DNA from: the human T2T-CHM13v2.0 reference genome, Homo sapiens
Reading direction: 5' to 3' (one strand)
Length of the DNA stretch: 64,000 bases
Assembly: GCF_009914755.1 (NCBI RefSeq)
Contig: NC_060936.1
The position numbers and the translations under genes were made by a program. Numbering within the stretch: the first letter of the stretch is position 1; each line of letters opens with the position of its first letter. A model generated the notes under the pieces. The model worked only from the letters and a program-made list of their open reading frames with translations, was not told the DNA's origin and ran no database searches. Below are positions 14,033 to 29,526 of this stretch, one piece after another.

Positions 14033-16645
14033 ATTGGGCAGTATTTAAGCTCCTTCCCGTGCTCAGATAGTCTCAGGTCCATAGTCTCAGGTCACATATG
14101 TCCCAAGGGTCATATGCAAAGATGTACATTGTAACAATATTTGTGGTACAGTGAATAGATAATCTTGGTGTCCATCACTGGAAGAGTAGATTAGCAATAG
14201 ATCAGATTTGCACATTGCAACATGGCTGAACTTAAAGCATAATGCCCAAGACTAAGATGTATATGATGCACTTTTTTGTAAACAAAAATACACATGCATA
14301 CAAAGATATCCGTTTTGTAAGCATGATATAAAGAAACAAGCAAAAAAAAAAACACATTAAAAAGACTAGAATGTTTGCCTATAGGAGAGGAAGGAGATGC
14401 AAGTGGGAAATGGGGTTAATAGGTAATAAATAAAACAAGAGAAGGACCTTGCTCAGACTAATGATGATAATGTACTAGGAATCGAGCTGTGTGATTAATT
14501 CAATCTTCTTCATCAGAGAGCCAAAATTAAGGCAAAGCAACATTGTGTGATTCAGAGATCATAGGCAATATCCAAAGGTGTCACCAGCTTAAAGATTAAA
14601 AAATGTTGGATTAAATATTGGAAGGTGACCTGCACTGGGAGTCTCACATCATTCTTCACTCCTACCCTTCCCTCGCTCTCCTTATGGAACCCAGGGTCTG
14701 GGAGCTTCCAAATTTTCTCTCAGTTTAGTGTCCACCCATCTTAGGTTTCCATCATGATTAGACTTAAGCTTAATTTTCTTGACACTGCTGCTTCACAGCT
14801 ATGCTCTTGCCATGCTCTTGCAGTAGGATGTACACAATGTATGGTTATCTCTCTTTTGTGATGTTAGACCTATTAAGGACCAGTGCCACCAGTCATTATG
14901 TCAATGCCTCTCTAGTCATTTTGCTTATCTGAGGCTAATTTTCTAGTACATTCCTCAGGAAGAGTTCATGGGAGCGATATTCCCTGAGATCCTAAATGTC
15001 CATAACAATTGATCTGTAGGCCTTATACTTGAAAGTCAACTAAGCACAATATATAAATTCTTGGCTCACATTCTTTCTGCTAACACATATCTTTCAGACT
15101 TTTATGTTACAGCTTATACCTTTCTACATTGGAATGTTCTTCCCACTCGTCACCTGTCAAACTTTATTCATCCACTTATACCCCGTTTCAGCTTTCTACT
15201 ACTATGAAACCTTTCCTATCTCCTCCTGACAGGGTTAAGTTCTACTTTCAAAAGTCTTCTTATGCAGCTTTATATATTTCTCTATGGTATTACTTAATAC
15301 ATCTTATATAGGTTTTTTTTAAAGAGACAGGGTCTCACTATGTTTCCAGGCTGGACTCACACTCCTGGCTCAAGCAATCCTTCCAAGTAGCTAGGACTAC
15401 AAGTGCATGACACTGAACCTGGCTTGCTTACATATGGCTTTTAAAAAACGTCTCATTTTTTCTTCATGAATGCAATAGCTTCTTTTATCTCTCTGAGACC
15501 ATAAATCGTAGGTCCTAACTTTTCTGATTCCTTTATTGTCTCAGTTTCCTCCACATTCTTTCCTGTTTGTTTTATCTCTATTTCTTTATGCTGGAAACTT
15601 TCCTCAAGTGTCTGATGATTCTTACCTATTCATTTATATCTAAAAGTGAGGCACTGAAACCTAAAAACAAAACCTTTGTGGAGAAGTACAATGTATTGAA
15701 TTATAGTCTTATTGAAGAATGATTCGGTAGGGCCCCAGCTATTCCCTAGGGAAAACCTCCCCAGAAATGTGTCAGCATCTGTAAGTCTTTTTTCTAGGCA
15801 TGGCCATTTTCCTCAGGAGAAATTCTCCTTCCAGTTTCATACTTTGGTGGGTGTTATAGATGCCAACATTCTAAGCCACGGTAAGGAAGGAGGCTTTAGA
15901 GTCTTACTTTGAGATATATCAATTTCCACTTATTTCCCCTACTTTCTGCAGAGCTTCCTGCCTTTCACCTATGCCTGAGTTTGAGTTCCTCAATTCAATA
16001 CCTTTCCATTTTCTGCTGGGCTGGGTTACTTGTCTGCCTATGGTATGGAAAGGGATATAAGGGTCTAACTGCTTCATTCACAGATATTCAATCCATCCTT
16101 CTGTTTTCAGCCTCACTTCTTACCCCACCTTCAGAGATGACTAATACTACCTATTCCTGAGATTTTCCAGGGTTTTAAGGCAGGGTTTTTCTTTTTGGCT
16201 TCCCTCTCTGCAGGCAGTATTGTTTCAGCTTTCTCTGGTCTGCTAGATCAGTTAGCAATTGCAAACTGATTTGGAGGCTTCCAAAATTTAATTGGCATCT
16301 CTCAGCTGTTCTTCTACCCTCTCCTGTTGTCTCCCTTCATGTTCTTTCTCTTAGATTTATGCCTTTTAAAATCCCTTTAGTGTCATCTAGGTGAAAATTC
16401 AGGAAGGAACAGAAGGAAATGCAAGTCACCAATCTTTTATGTTTAGCAAGAAAACTGTGCTTTTAACTTCTCTGTTATGCTGTCTCTATGTATAGTTTGC
16501 ATGGCTATCCCCCACATAGATAATGATTTTCTTGAAGGCAGAGACTTGAAAATAAAAAAATTCCGACACTCCTGGGAAAAGATTAAACGTGCTGCAGTTA
16601 TGGCAACAAGTAACCACCAGAACCAGTTCCAAACTGGTTTAATGG

Positions 16646-16810
16646 GCTGGGCATGGTGGCTCACATGTGTAATCCCAGCATTTTGGGAGACTGAAGTTGG
16701 AGGTTCACTTGAGCTCAGGGGTTCATGGATGCAGTGAGCTGTAATTGCACACTGTACTTTAGCCTGGGCAACACAGTGAGACCCTGTCTCAAAAAAAAAC
16801 AAAAAGTAAT
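16646..16810 (+). mobile_element. Old Alu monomer (FRAM/AluJ-like)
   Basis: Single arm with A tail, highly diverged. Confidence 0.8.
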
Positions 16811-17877
16811 AAAATAAAATAATCTGGTCTGGTGGATTGATGGCAACTTACCTAAGCGAACACACTTGTGAAATCTAGCCAGAAACAGCCCCATGCTTTT
16901 GAAAGCCAGAATCCACAACAATCTCATCTAAACAACCAAGTTTCCCTAGCTGGCAACAACGAACCCACTCCCACCTCTGAAATTCTGCCAATCCCTCAAC
17001 TTCATGCTCCACAAACTTCTATAGACAATCAGCTCCTTGCTTTACTGGAGGAGACTGTGCTTCAGGCACCATTAGATTCAGCTTTTTGTTTCAGATATTG
17101 AGTGGTAGTCTTTTTCTTTGTCAGATCTCAGCAATCACCACAGTATCTGTTGCTTGGAAGGTACTCAGTGGGAAGATAGGAGAAGGTGCAGAGGGCAACT
17201 GTAAATGTGTCATAAGTGAAGGGGCCTGGGCTGTTTGCCCTACCCAGCCCTGTGGCAAGGCTAAACCAGGTATAAATTTTGCTCAACATTCACTCTTCAA
17301 TTCCAATTCATAAGCATCTCAGGTATAAGAAATGTAAACATCTGCATCCAGAAGCAATTATGTTTGCCTGTCACCTTTCATTCAGTATTGTTAACTGTAT
17401 ATAATTGTGAAAGGAAAATATCTTGGAACTCCAAAATCACTAAGCTAAAAGGATAATTCAAGCTGAGAATTGCTTAGGGCAAACTTGCCTCTCATTCTAT
17501 TCAAAGTCATCCCTCTGCTCACTAAGATAAATGTGTGTCTGATTGAGTCCTTTGGAGAGGCTAATCAAAAACTCAAAAGAATGCAGCCACTTGTCTCCCA
17601 CCTACCTGTGACCTGGAAACCCCCTCCCTGCTTCAAGATGCCCTGCTTTTACTTCGAGTTGTCCTGCCTTTCCAGACCGAACTAATGTTCATCTTACATA
17701 TGTTGATTGAGGTCTCATATCTCTCTAAACTGTACAAAACCAAGTTGTGCTCTGACCACCTTGGGCATATGTCATCAGGAACTCCTGAGGCTGTGTTATG
17801 GGCATGCGTCTTCAACCTTGGCAAAATGAACTTTCTAAATTAACTGAGACCTGTCTCAAATTTTGGGGGTTCACATT

Positions 17878-17895
17878 TGGTAACCACAGAGGGAT
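17878..17895 (+). other. Primer-binding site, tRNA-Arg(TCG)-like
   Basis: TGGTAACCACAGAGGGAT, 2 nt after the 5' LTR; one mismatch to the reverse complement of a recalled tRNA-Arg-TCG 3' end (...ATCCCTCCGTGGTTACCA). Confidence 0.75.
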
Positions 17896-19182
17896 TCTGA
17901 GTGGAGATGCCCCTGACCTTTGACAAATCTCCTACTGGTGCTTGCTACCAGCATGAGCTAACTTTATGGCTCAAACCAACAGGACAATTTGCTGAGGTGT
18001 GAGAGCACCCCCTCCAGAGAATCCCTGATCTCCCAAAATTTGGCCAAGATCTAATCTAGATCTAAAGTTTATTTTGCCTTACAAGTCCCTGTTTTTTTGT
18101 TTTTGTTTTTGTTTTTTTTGGAGTTCTACTTTCTTCCAACAAGGAAGGCAAGTTTTCCTGCTTCCATGATGATTCAAGGCAGGTAACTCCTTTGTGGAGT
18201 TTGAGCTCGCTTCTAAAAGGGAAAATGAGGTCTTTCTCCTGCTTCTAGGATGGTAGAGAGCAGTCTACAGCCTGAGACCTATCCCTAGGTAAGTAACTGA
18301 GTTGGGGTATGTCTTGGCTAAAGTTAAGATTAACAACCAGCTAGTCTTAATTTCTTCTTACCATTAGAGTGCTCAGTAATCATGTAAGTGGCATGATCAT
18401 TTGTTTTGCTTAACTGTTTTTTGTTGTTGTTGTTTGTTTCTGTTTTTGTTGTTGTTTCAGTCTTTTTCCCATTGGGTTTGACCAACTCTATCCAACTTGA
18501 TCAAATCTGAAGGAAAGTTCCAAATTATGAGGAACAAGACCTCTAAAGTGGCTAAAACCTCCCCCACCCCCCACCCCCTCCCCCCCCCCCCACACACACA
18601 CAAGGTGGTATGGTAGAAGGAGAAAAATGGCCAACAAAAGGAAAAAAAAGATTTTTGATTTTGAGTACTTAAGGGGCTTTATTTACATAACAAGGCCACC
18701 TTTTTGCTAGCCAGACCAAAGTGAAAGAGCAATGGCTGTCATTCTATGCTGCAGTTCGATAGCTAAGGTCCTGCTTTTATATTTTTTTTTCACCACCACA
18801 GCCTGGGTTTGGTTCCTAAATCAAGCCCTTTCTGGTTTGTTACTTGGTACTTTTGAAATAGCAGCAAGTTTTCCTAGCTAAAATATGGTAATGAGATTTA
18901 AAAGGATTTTTTTAAAAAGCAGTTCAATGGTTAAAAGTCAGCTTAATTAAAAGGCTAACATCCGATATGTGTGTGTATGTGTATGTGTGCATACGTGCAT
19001 GTTTGTATTTAAAAGGCCTTCATTTTTTGTTGTTGTTGTTGTTTGTTGTTCTCTCCTAGGACCTTGTCTTTTTTTTGAGCAAGAGGTTTTTTCTTCTCAG
19101 TTGACTGAATTATGTTTTCACCTGATTTTTTTACTAAAATAGGTATTGGGTTTTTAAGAAAGAGTGTAGTTTAGACACTTAG

Positions 19183-19498
<316 letters not shown>

Positions 19499-20868
19499 AA
19501 AAACATTTTTTAAGTGCAGTGTAAAAGAATCACATGGTCTAGCCTCATAATAATTCTTTCTTTTTGGAGACCCAGAATTCAGCGTAGGCCCTGCCTAGAG
19601 CTCACAGATCCAGTTAAAAAAAATAGGTAGTCCCTATCTAAATAAAATTGTTCTCCTTATACAATCCAATGATAAATTTCTATAGTTTTATGTTCAGTTG
19701 GCAATTAAATCTGTTTTAATTTCTCTCTACCTCACCAAACTTTCTTTGTGTACATTATGATGTAAATTGTGCTATCTGACATACACCTGAGGTGTTTCTG
19801 TTAATATGCCAATTTAAGGCTATTTAGCTGACAACTGCCTAGGGTTGTGAAACAGGTTATCAAGAATCTGAAAGTCTAAGATAGGAAAAAAAAAGGTTTT
19901 TATGAATCTGTAAGATGTACTTCTATCAGCATGCCTAATACGTCTATGTATTTATATGTTGTGTACACAATGTTTCACCACTGAAAACATATAAAAGAGC
20001 TCTAATTAATTGGCTCAAAGAAAAATAAAATTGCTTAAATCAAATACTTTATCAGGGAAAAAGAAAAGACTAGTCAAATGCTTTTTTAAGTTTATGTAAC
20101 TTAAGTAAAATCTTTAATAAATAAGCTAGCTTTAAAATTATTGGTAAAGTAGTATTAGAAATGTCTTAAGAATTGCCAGCATACATTTTTGTTTGCATTT
20201 ATTAATCAAGCAATTTCATACTTATCCCTAGCAAATACTATAAGGTGTGTGTCAAAATTGGCACAGGGGTTACAGAACTATAAACCCAGCCCAAAACAGA
20301 ATTATCTTCACTTGTGTAATGTTTAATAAATAAGACATTGATATGGGTTTAATGAAGATAGCTGCATCTTGAATTTAGCAAGATTACCACAACTTCTAAT
20401 ACTGTGGCTTTAGGGAGTCTAGTCCACAGACAATAAGGAGGTTTGTTTTGGAAAAGGACTGTTATCATCTTTGTTTCAAAGCTAAACTATAAACGAAGTT
20501 CCTCTCAAAGTTAGTTCCACCTGTGCCCAGGAATGAACAAGGACAGCTTGGAGGTTAAGAGCAAGATGGAGTCAGTTGGGTCAAATAGTTTTTGACTGTC
20601 TCAGTTATTATTTTGCAATGGCAGCTTCATAACTTTAAATCATGACTATCACAGTTTTCATAAATAACCTAGGTAAACAAAATAATTAGGTAAAGGTAAT
20701 GATATAAATACTTGTAGATAAACTGGTCATGATTTAGAATATAAAGATATATCAAATTAAATAATTGTTATTTCATTACTTGTGTATTTTCCAACAAATA
20801 TATATTGTAGGAAAACATTCTTGCTTAAAAAAAAAAAGTGTGTCCTTTGTCTAAAAAAGGTGAACAAG

Positions 20869-21169
<301 letters not shown>

Positions 21170-22422
21170 CTAATTCAAAGCTTATTTAAAGGTTATATAT
21201 AAAACAAGGTAAACAGATCTGAGAAATAAGAGAAATACAAAGAAAGTTATAGAAATAAAGAGGTTTTTTTGGTAAGAAAGCTTAAAGACAAATAATTTTA
21301 TATGAGAAAGAATATTGAATGGTAAATTTAGACCTAGAGTACAATGACTGGTTGTTTAAGAAAGATGGATGTTCAGGACAAACCAGAAAGTTCAAGCATG
21401 TCATGAATGGCCTTTGTAAGTCACAATAAAATGATTTATTAAAAAGAAACTTTTATATGGTCAATTGTCTATAATTAAAGTAAAACTATAATGGGCTTTC
21501 TAGAGATTGGGTATGATGTAAAAAGGAAACCACTTATACACTAAATAATTGGTTAGAACAATGAAATTTTCTTAAGGGATTTATTTACTTTAATAAATTA
21601 TAAAAATTTTAATTTTTTTAAGCCAAAGTTCAACTTTTATTGCATTTCTCCATTTTCTTCCCCCTTTTAAAGGGTATGAAATAGTAATGCTCTCCTTCAA
21701 CTCATTTTCAGCTCATATATATATATTTTTTTTCCTGGACTTCTATTGTAGTGGCCTGATAATGTTTTCTTAAAGGTCTAAAGGAAATGTTTTCTTCCAT
21801 CATAATATTCTGTGCACTGCCGAAGATCTTTTCTTTTGATTTTTGGTAACTGGCCTAACAGATTTACATGTTATCACAACAATTACTATGCTATTATTAT
21901 AAAGCATTGGTTTGCTTAGGGAAAAAACTGAGATTAAATTAAAAAAAAAATAAGGTTATTACATCTGTGTATCTCTCTGTATGCACTTTTAAAGGCATTG
22001 AGTTAGAGGGCTTTGACTTCTGGGTCTAAAAAGGACACCAAGTCCTGCTAAATTGTAAACACTGACAGCAATTAAAGCTCCATTTTTAGGCCCCATAGAA
22101 GATACCAATCAAAATAAACTGCATGTCAGAGACACAGGGCTAGAAGTTAAAGCTATTTCAATTCAAGGCCCAGGAACTCTCATGGAAGAGGTGGGCATGT
22201 GGGATTGTAAGGGCTGATTTTGAAAAAAAAAAAAAAATTAGTTCATATTCTCTATAAATTAATCATTAATGTTAAAGGCACACTGAAGCAAGACCAGCAT
22301 ATGGGCCCCCTGTGTCAAATTAACAAGGTTTTCTTGAAGCATTAACTGACTCCTTAATAAAAGTTATATGGGTTATCAAAAGCTTATGGAAGTTATATCT
22401 TATGGTCTACATTAAAATTTTA

Positions 22423-22655
<233 letters not shown>

Positions 22656-25226
22656 TCATCCTGTTTTTATTAGGGCTTATTATTTGGAAAATTAACTCTC
22701 TCACAGAATGAAGGTTTTCACCTTTTTAAAAAAATCTTTGAGTTACCACTTTGGTTAAATGAATGACTTATTTTACATTGACCTGTGATCCTATTTTGTG
22801 ATATCAAGTTTTAAACCTTTGATATTTCACAGGCTTTCCAAAATCAAATTATAAATTATTCTTTTTCTGACATAATTAATTCTTTAAGATATTAAGTTCC
22901 CTAAAGTCCAAAAATGACATAATTTGGCTTATTTGTTACAAAAATTACACAGGAAGCATTGTCAAATGTGAAATGGTGTTTGGTTTTCTTTGGGCTGTGT
23001 TTGTATAAATATGTTACTAGTATGTGTTCCAAAATTATGGGAAACTCCTACAATTCTAATATAACTTAGTGTATATTATCAGTAATAATTATAATTGTTA
23101 TGTTAAATCACTGTGTGCCACAGAGGTAACAAATTTCCCTCTCAATTGTGTCTTTGACTATGGCTGCCCTAAAACGTTTTCTCATCCACGGACAATTGTT
23201 GTCTTGTTTTGGTCCTCTTTAGAAGGTGATTTTATAATCAGCTATAAAACTCTAACAGGTGCTCTCGAATGCAGGTTTCTGATAACTTTGGAGAATGTGC
23301 CATTAGGGTAAAGGAAAAACTTTCAGAACTCATGGAGAGCTAAAATGTTCATGAATATCAAGCAGAACAGGAATTTTTTTGACTTTTTGCTTAAGACATT
23401 GCTGATCCTTTGTTTTGTTTTTCAGAGTCTTGAAACTTTTCTTTTGAACTATTGACAACTTTTAACAATTTAGTATACCCCTATAAACAAAATTTGGAGC
23501 ATATTTGTTTCTCTCTACCTGATTTCTCCAGAATTTGGAAACTACTGATGAGTATTCTTAACGGCAATACAGTTATTTGCATAAGTGCAATAAGAATCTG
23601 TTTTCATTTGTAACAGGACACAATTGGAAAAACTCATTATTTTACCAAGGCTTTGACTGGAATGGTATGCTTTCCTTTAAGGAATCAAACTTAAAGTATG
23701 GAGCCAATAAAGCCCTTGGGAAAACTGGCCCCATATTTTGTGTACACAGTTCCTATACACAGTTTTTGACCTGTGACAAGTAAAGAATGTCACTTACTGA
23801 AAGTCCCAGGAGTCCCAGGTTTATATTGGAACCTCAAAAGGAGAGGATCATCCAACTCATAGATATTTGATGGCACAAATCCATGGCAGGGCTCGGCTTT
23901 TGAAAAGTTTTATCTGAGATTCCTCCTATGGAACATAGTTCCATCAAACCCCATTTAAAAGGTTATGTAAAAAATAATTATTTTTGCTATACTGTATACA
24001 AATTAGGCCAACTATAATAAAGCAAACCAGTCCTACCATGATTTGTCTTTAGCAAAAATGGGAAGCTAGAGAGAGAAAAATTATGTTTCAAAAACTTAAT
24101 TCAAAAACATAATTCAAAAATTATGTTCAAAAACACCTGTTGTTAAATTCTAGACTTGCCTAATGTTTTTCAATTTTTATATTTTCTACAGTTTGGAAAG
24201 AATTCTAATTTTTCTTGGCTACAAGTCTTCAAAATAATGTTTTCAGATTTTGTCCTTCTTTTCTCCCCATTTTTCATAATTTGGAGTCACTGAAAATTAA
24301 GCTGTGCTTTCATAACACCCTGTGAACTGAAACTAGACAACTTAAACTTCAGAAGAAAATAACAGCAACCTATTTATATACATAAGCCACTTACATACCT
24401 GCCTACTGATATATAGACTTCAGAGTAATGTGGCCTATATCAATTTTCCAGGATTGTTCTTTTGTTTATTGTTGTTTTTTTCTTCCTCCCTGTCCTCCTA
24501 TTTTCTCTTCATAGGATATGAGACTTCACAACCTTCTAAAAATGAGCTTTCCTCATAACACCAGACCTACCTGGTCAGGAATAAACCATCCTAGCCATGA
24601 GATATCAGACAAAACCTGGAACCAGGAACTCATTTTCTTTTAAAATGCTTTCTCCAAAAGATTTTAAAAAAGAAAAGGGGGGAAATGTAAAAGGAAAATA
24701 TGTTGGAACCCCAAAATCACTAAGCTAAAGGGAAAATTCAAGCTGGGAACTGCTTAGGGCAAACCTGCCTCCCATTCTATTCAAAGTCATCCCTCTGCTC
24801 ACTGAGATAAATGCGTATCTGATTGCCTCCTTTGGAAAGGCTAATCAGAAACTCAAAAGAATGCAACTGTTGGTCTCTCACCTACCTGTGCCCTGAAGCC
24901 CCCTCCCCGCTTCAAGTTGTCCCACTTTTACTTCGAGTTGTCCTGCCTTTCCAGACCGAACCAAAGTTCATTTTACATATGTTGATTGATGTTTCTTATC
25001 TCCCTAAAATGTATAAAACCAAGTTGTGCTCTGACCACCTTGGGCACATGTCGTCAGGAACCCCTGTGGCTGTGTCACAGGTGTAGGTCCGCAACCTTCA
25101 CAAAATGAACTTTCTAAATTAACTGAGACCTGTCTCAAATGTTCGGGGTTCATATAATCTAAATAATGACCAGGACTGGCTAATGGATGGGTTTTTTTTT
25201 GTTTGTTTTGTTTTGTTTTATTACAC

Positions 25227-25807
25227 TGTAAAGCAAAAAGTATCTGAGACAAGTCTCAATCAATTTAGAAAGCTTATTTTGCCAATGTTAAAGACACACC
25301 TGTGACACAGCCTCAGGAGGTCCTGATGACATGTGCCCAAGATGGTTGGGGTACAGCTTGCTTTCATACATTTTAGGGAGACATAAGGCATCAATCAATA
25401 CATGCATGATTTACATTGGTTCAATCTGGAAGGGTAAGACAACTCAAAGGGGAACAGGCTTCCAGTTCATAGGCAGATTTAAACATACTCTGATTGGCAA
25501 TTGGTTGAAAGAGTTATTATCAGTAGAAAGATGTCTGGGTTACAATAAGGGGTTGTGGAGACCAAGGTTTTATCATGCAGGTGAAGCCTCCAAATAGCAG
25601 GCTTTAGAAGGAATAGACTTTAAATATTTCTTCTTAGAATTACAGTCTATGTTGATGTTAATGCTGGGGGGTATAATGAGGCATGCCAACCCCCATTCCT
25701 ATCTTGGCCTGAACCAGTTTTTCAGGTTAAATTTTAGAGCGCCCTGACAGAGGAGGGCATACATTCAGATGGTTGCCAGGGCCTTCAAATTTTATTTTCG
25801 GTTTACA
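25227..25807 (-). mobile_element. Solo MER4-family LTR (MER4B-like)
   Basis: TG...CA termini; R/U5 homologous to the adjacent MER4A1-type LTR in opposite orientation. Confidence 0.85.
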
Positions 25808-27261
25808 ACTCTATATGGTCAACTGTTTTCTTTATCCCAGTTCAAAGAAGGGAAGGAGAATCTCCCATAAACAGATATCACATTTAGAGTAGCAAAAGCA
25901 GTTCTAACAGATATAGCAAAAAATATCTCCAGGCAACACTTAACTACTAGGATAAGATGTGTACTTTAGAACCTAACTCTTTTCTGAGAATCTGAATTCA
26001 TTTGCCTCTAGGACACCTAACATGATGCAGCAGAATTTCTTCTAGGAATCTAAAGGGACCATATGGAGCAAGTTATATTCAAGAAAAACAGGACTGTGAG
26101 GCTTAGAGTACCAGAGAGGAGGCAACAACTGCAAGTACAAAAAGTCCCATTTGGCAAAAGAAATATGAAGAGCACAGTGTCCTGCACCAGGCTCCATTAC
26201 AGCCTGGAGTAAGGCGAAGTTGTTGGGGAAATCAGACAGCAGGGAGAATGGGGCCACTGCAGCCCCTCTGACCTTCTTTCCCTGGACTTTCTCAACATAC
26301 TTTCCTGCTCTGCTGTCATTGCAGCTGCAGGTACTCACTCCAGGGTGGCAGCCAGGGGCTCAGGTGGAGCTGGGCCCCACACCTCTGCACATTCCCGACC
26401 TGAAAACCACTCCAGGCTCCCAGCCTTGACTATCGGTTCCCTGAGGGTCTTGGACGCTGCCCCAGCACAGGGATGTCCCTTCTGCCTGGGAACCACCAGA
26501 GGCAAGCTCCAAGGATGTAGTTTGGCACCTTCTTACAATTAATTGGTTTTGGACGACTTGGTAATTTAGAAACTGCTGAGGTGAACCTCCAATAGAGGAA
26601 GTCTGGCATGGTTCTGTGCCTGACTGTGCCCCGATTATGCCTCAAAATGCCTCTTAAGCCCCTGATGATGGGTGTTAGTTTCCTTACAAAGGTGAACATG
26701 CTTCTCAGAAGATGCTCCTGCCACCTTCTGCATCAATAAGCGAAGTTTGGAGGACAAAGTACAGGTTACTTTTGGAACAATAGGATCCTCTCTCCCTCTG
26801 GCGTTTTGACAGATTTTCAGAAGTAGAAGGGAAAGACCTAAGACACTATCCAAACCCATGGGATCTATCACTACCTATAGGGTGTGACATGTCACACTAG
26901 CTGAGCCACCTGGCCTTAGCTGCATGTCTGCCAAACAGCCACTTGAAAGCTACCTGTTAGAAAGCAATGTGCTTGATACTAGATACTGCCTGTTAAATGT
27001 GTTACATGAATTCTAAAAAAGATAAATAAATAAATCTTATTTTTGGTAAATATTGTCAGTCTCTAAGACAGAGTATACTTTAAATCTTATACTATAATTA
27101 TAAATTTGTCTATTTCTCCTTATAGTTCCACCTGTATTTGATTTATGTATATTGAAAATCTGTGGTTGGTTCCACATAAGATCTTAACTGTTACGTCTTT
27201 TTGGATAAATGTTTCTTTTATCATTACAAAATGTTTTTCTTTATCTCTTTTAGTCTTTTTA

Positions 27262-27324
27262 ATCTGTAGTACTACATCTGTTATTACATCTGTAGTACTA
27301 CGTCTGTTATCACATCTGTTATTA
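27262..27324. repeat. ~2.4 copies of a 26-bp unit
   Basis: atctgtagtactacatctgttattac / atctgtagtactacgtctgttatcac / atctgttatta. Confidence 0.9.
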
Positions 27325-27544
27325 TTTGCTTGATATTTATTTTTTAAAATATATCTTTTATCTCACCTTTGTGCATCATTTGAAAATGGCTTAATATTTT
27401 CCTTTTTAGGCCTATTTTTAATTGTTTATAATAAACTATGAGGAAGAAAATTTTAAAGCACCAAAATGTTGGGGCACCAAGAGAAAGAACCAGTCAGAGT
27501 ATTTGTTTTTCCTTTTATTTTCTAATTATCTTAACCAATGCTTT

Positions 27545-28130
27545 TTTCCTCAAAACGTTAAAAATGGAACTATGTTATGACCCAGCATTTCTACTCCTAG
27601 GTATGTACCCCAAGAGAACTGAAAACGTGTCCACACAGATACTTGTACACAAATGTTTATAAGAGAATTACTCATAATAGCCTAAAGTTGGAAACAAAAA
27701 AATGTCCATCAACAAATACATGGATAAACAAACTGTGGTATATACATACAGTGGAATATAATTTAGCCACTAAAAAGAATGAAGTACTGATACATCCTAC
27801 GACTTGGATGAACCTCAAAAACATTGCACTAAGTGAAAGAAGCCAGACACAAAAGGTCACACGTTGAATGATTCCTTTTGTATGACATATCCAGAATAGG
27901 CAAATCATATAATAAAAACAAAAAGCAGATAAGTGGTTAACTGGGAATGAGGGGAGGGGACAATGGAGAGTGAATATTTAATGGTATGGATGCTTTGGGG
28001 AGTGAAAAAAGGTTTTGTAACTCCAAGGAAGTAGTTGTACAGCATTGCAGATATACTAAGTACCACTAAATTGTATACTTTATAATGGCTAACTACATGT
28101 TATATTAATTTCACCTCAATAATAAATAAA
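27545..28130 (+). mobile_element. L1M 3' end (L1MA/MB-like)
   Basis: atgacccagcatttctactcc...aatgtccatcaaca...aatttcacctcaataataaa. Confidence 0.85.
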
Positions 28131-28175
28131 ATCACCCTCTGCTAGTAAGATGGATTAATTTTTGCAAACTGGTAA

Positions 28176-28600
<425 letters not shown>

Positions 28601-29047
28601 TAACTCTTTTTATTACTTATCTGGGGGCAAAATTTATGGGCTGTAGCAACAGTCAGTTGGAATTCTAGTATGTGAGTTATACTGAGGGGCAGGCCTAATG
28701 GTTAGGCTCTTCTTTTTTAACAGCAACATTAAATAACAGTAAGAATAATTCCTGGATACAGACAGAGTTCACTTAGATATTTGGCAAAATTTGCCATGTT
28801 CTCATCTCATCTCATGATATACGTGATTTATCTTCTAGAAGGAACTACATATCTTATTGGCTGTGATATATCATGGCTCGTTTTTCCAGGCTCAGTTGAT
28901 CTTAATTTTTCCCAAATGACTTTAGACATATAGTCACTACTCTTCTGTCCCAAGCACTGCTCTTGCCTGTCACAGACACCTCCAAATAAATACTGCCCGG
29001 ACTTTTGAGGGGTGGAAGTTGGAGATATTTGCAAGGGCTTCTTGGTA

Positions 29048-29526
29048 TATTAGTTCACTTTTGCTACATCCTAAACTACCCTAAAACTCAGAGGCTTAAA
29101 ATAACAATGTTCTTCAACTCACAATTCTGCAGGTCAGCAATTTGGGCTAGGCTCAACCTGGCAGTTTTTCTATGGTCTTGTTCGTGCATTTGCAGTCAGC
29201 TGCAAGATATGCAGTCAGTTGGCAGTTGGCTGATCCGCTGGGCAGGCAGGGGTTGGAGGAATCCTAAGTAGCCTCACTTGGATGTCTGGCAGGTGGCCAC
29301 CTGTCAGCTGGGACACTTGGTCCTTCTCCATGTGGTTTCATCTTCCACCAGGCTAGCCCAAGCTTGTTCACTTGGTGGCAGTGTCCAGAATTCACACAGT
29401 GTCACTTCTATCACATTCTTTCAGTCAGAGAGAGCCACAGGGCCAACCCAGATTCAAAGGGGTGGGAACACATCTCCCTACTCTCTTGTTTGGAGATGTA
29501 TTGTGAGCATTTTTGCAATCTACTAC
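29048..29526 (-). mobile_element. MaLR LTR (MLT1G/H/J-like)
   Basis: aactaccctaaaactcagaggcttaaa...ccaacccagattcaaagggg...gcaatctactaca. Confidence 0.7.

Noticed and set aside
18558-18602. C-tract/CA repeat with G4 potential
   Set aside because: Simple-sequence expansion inside the provirus; no functional context.
26040-26880. Non-repeat, moderately GC-rich stretch with several short ORFs; considered a processed pseudogene
   Set aside because: No recognisable protein, poly(A) tail or TSD; BLASTX would be needed.
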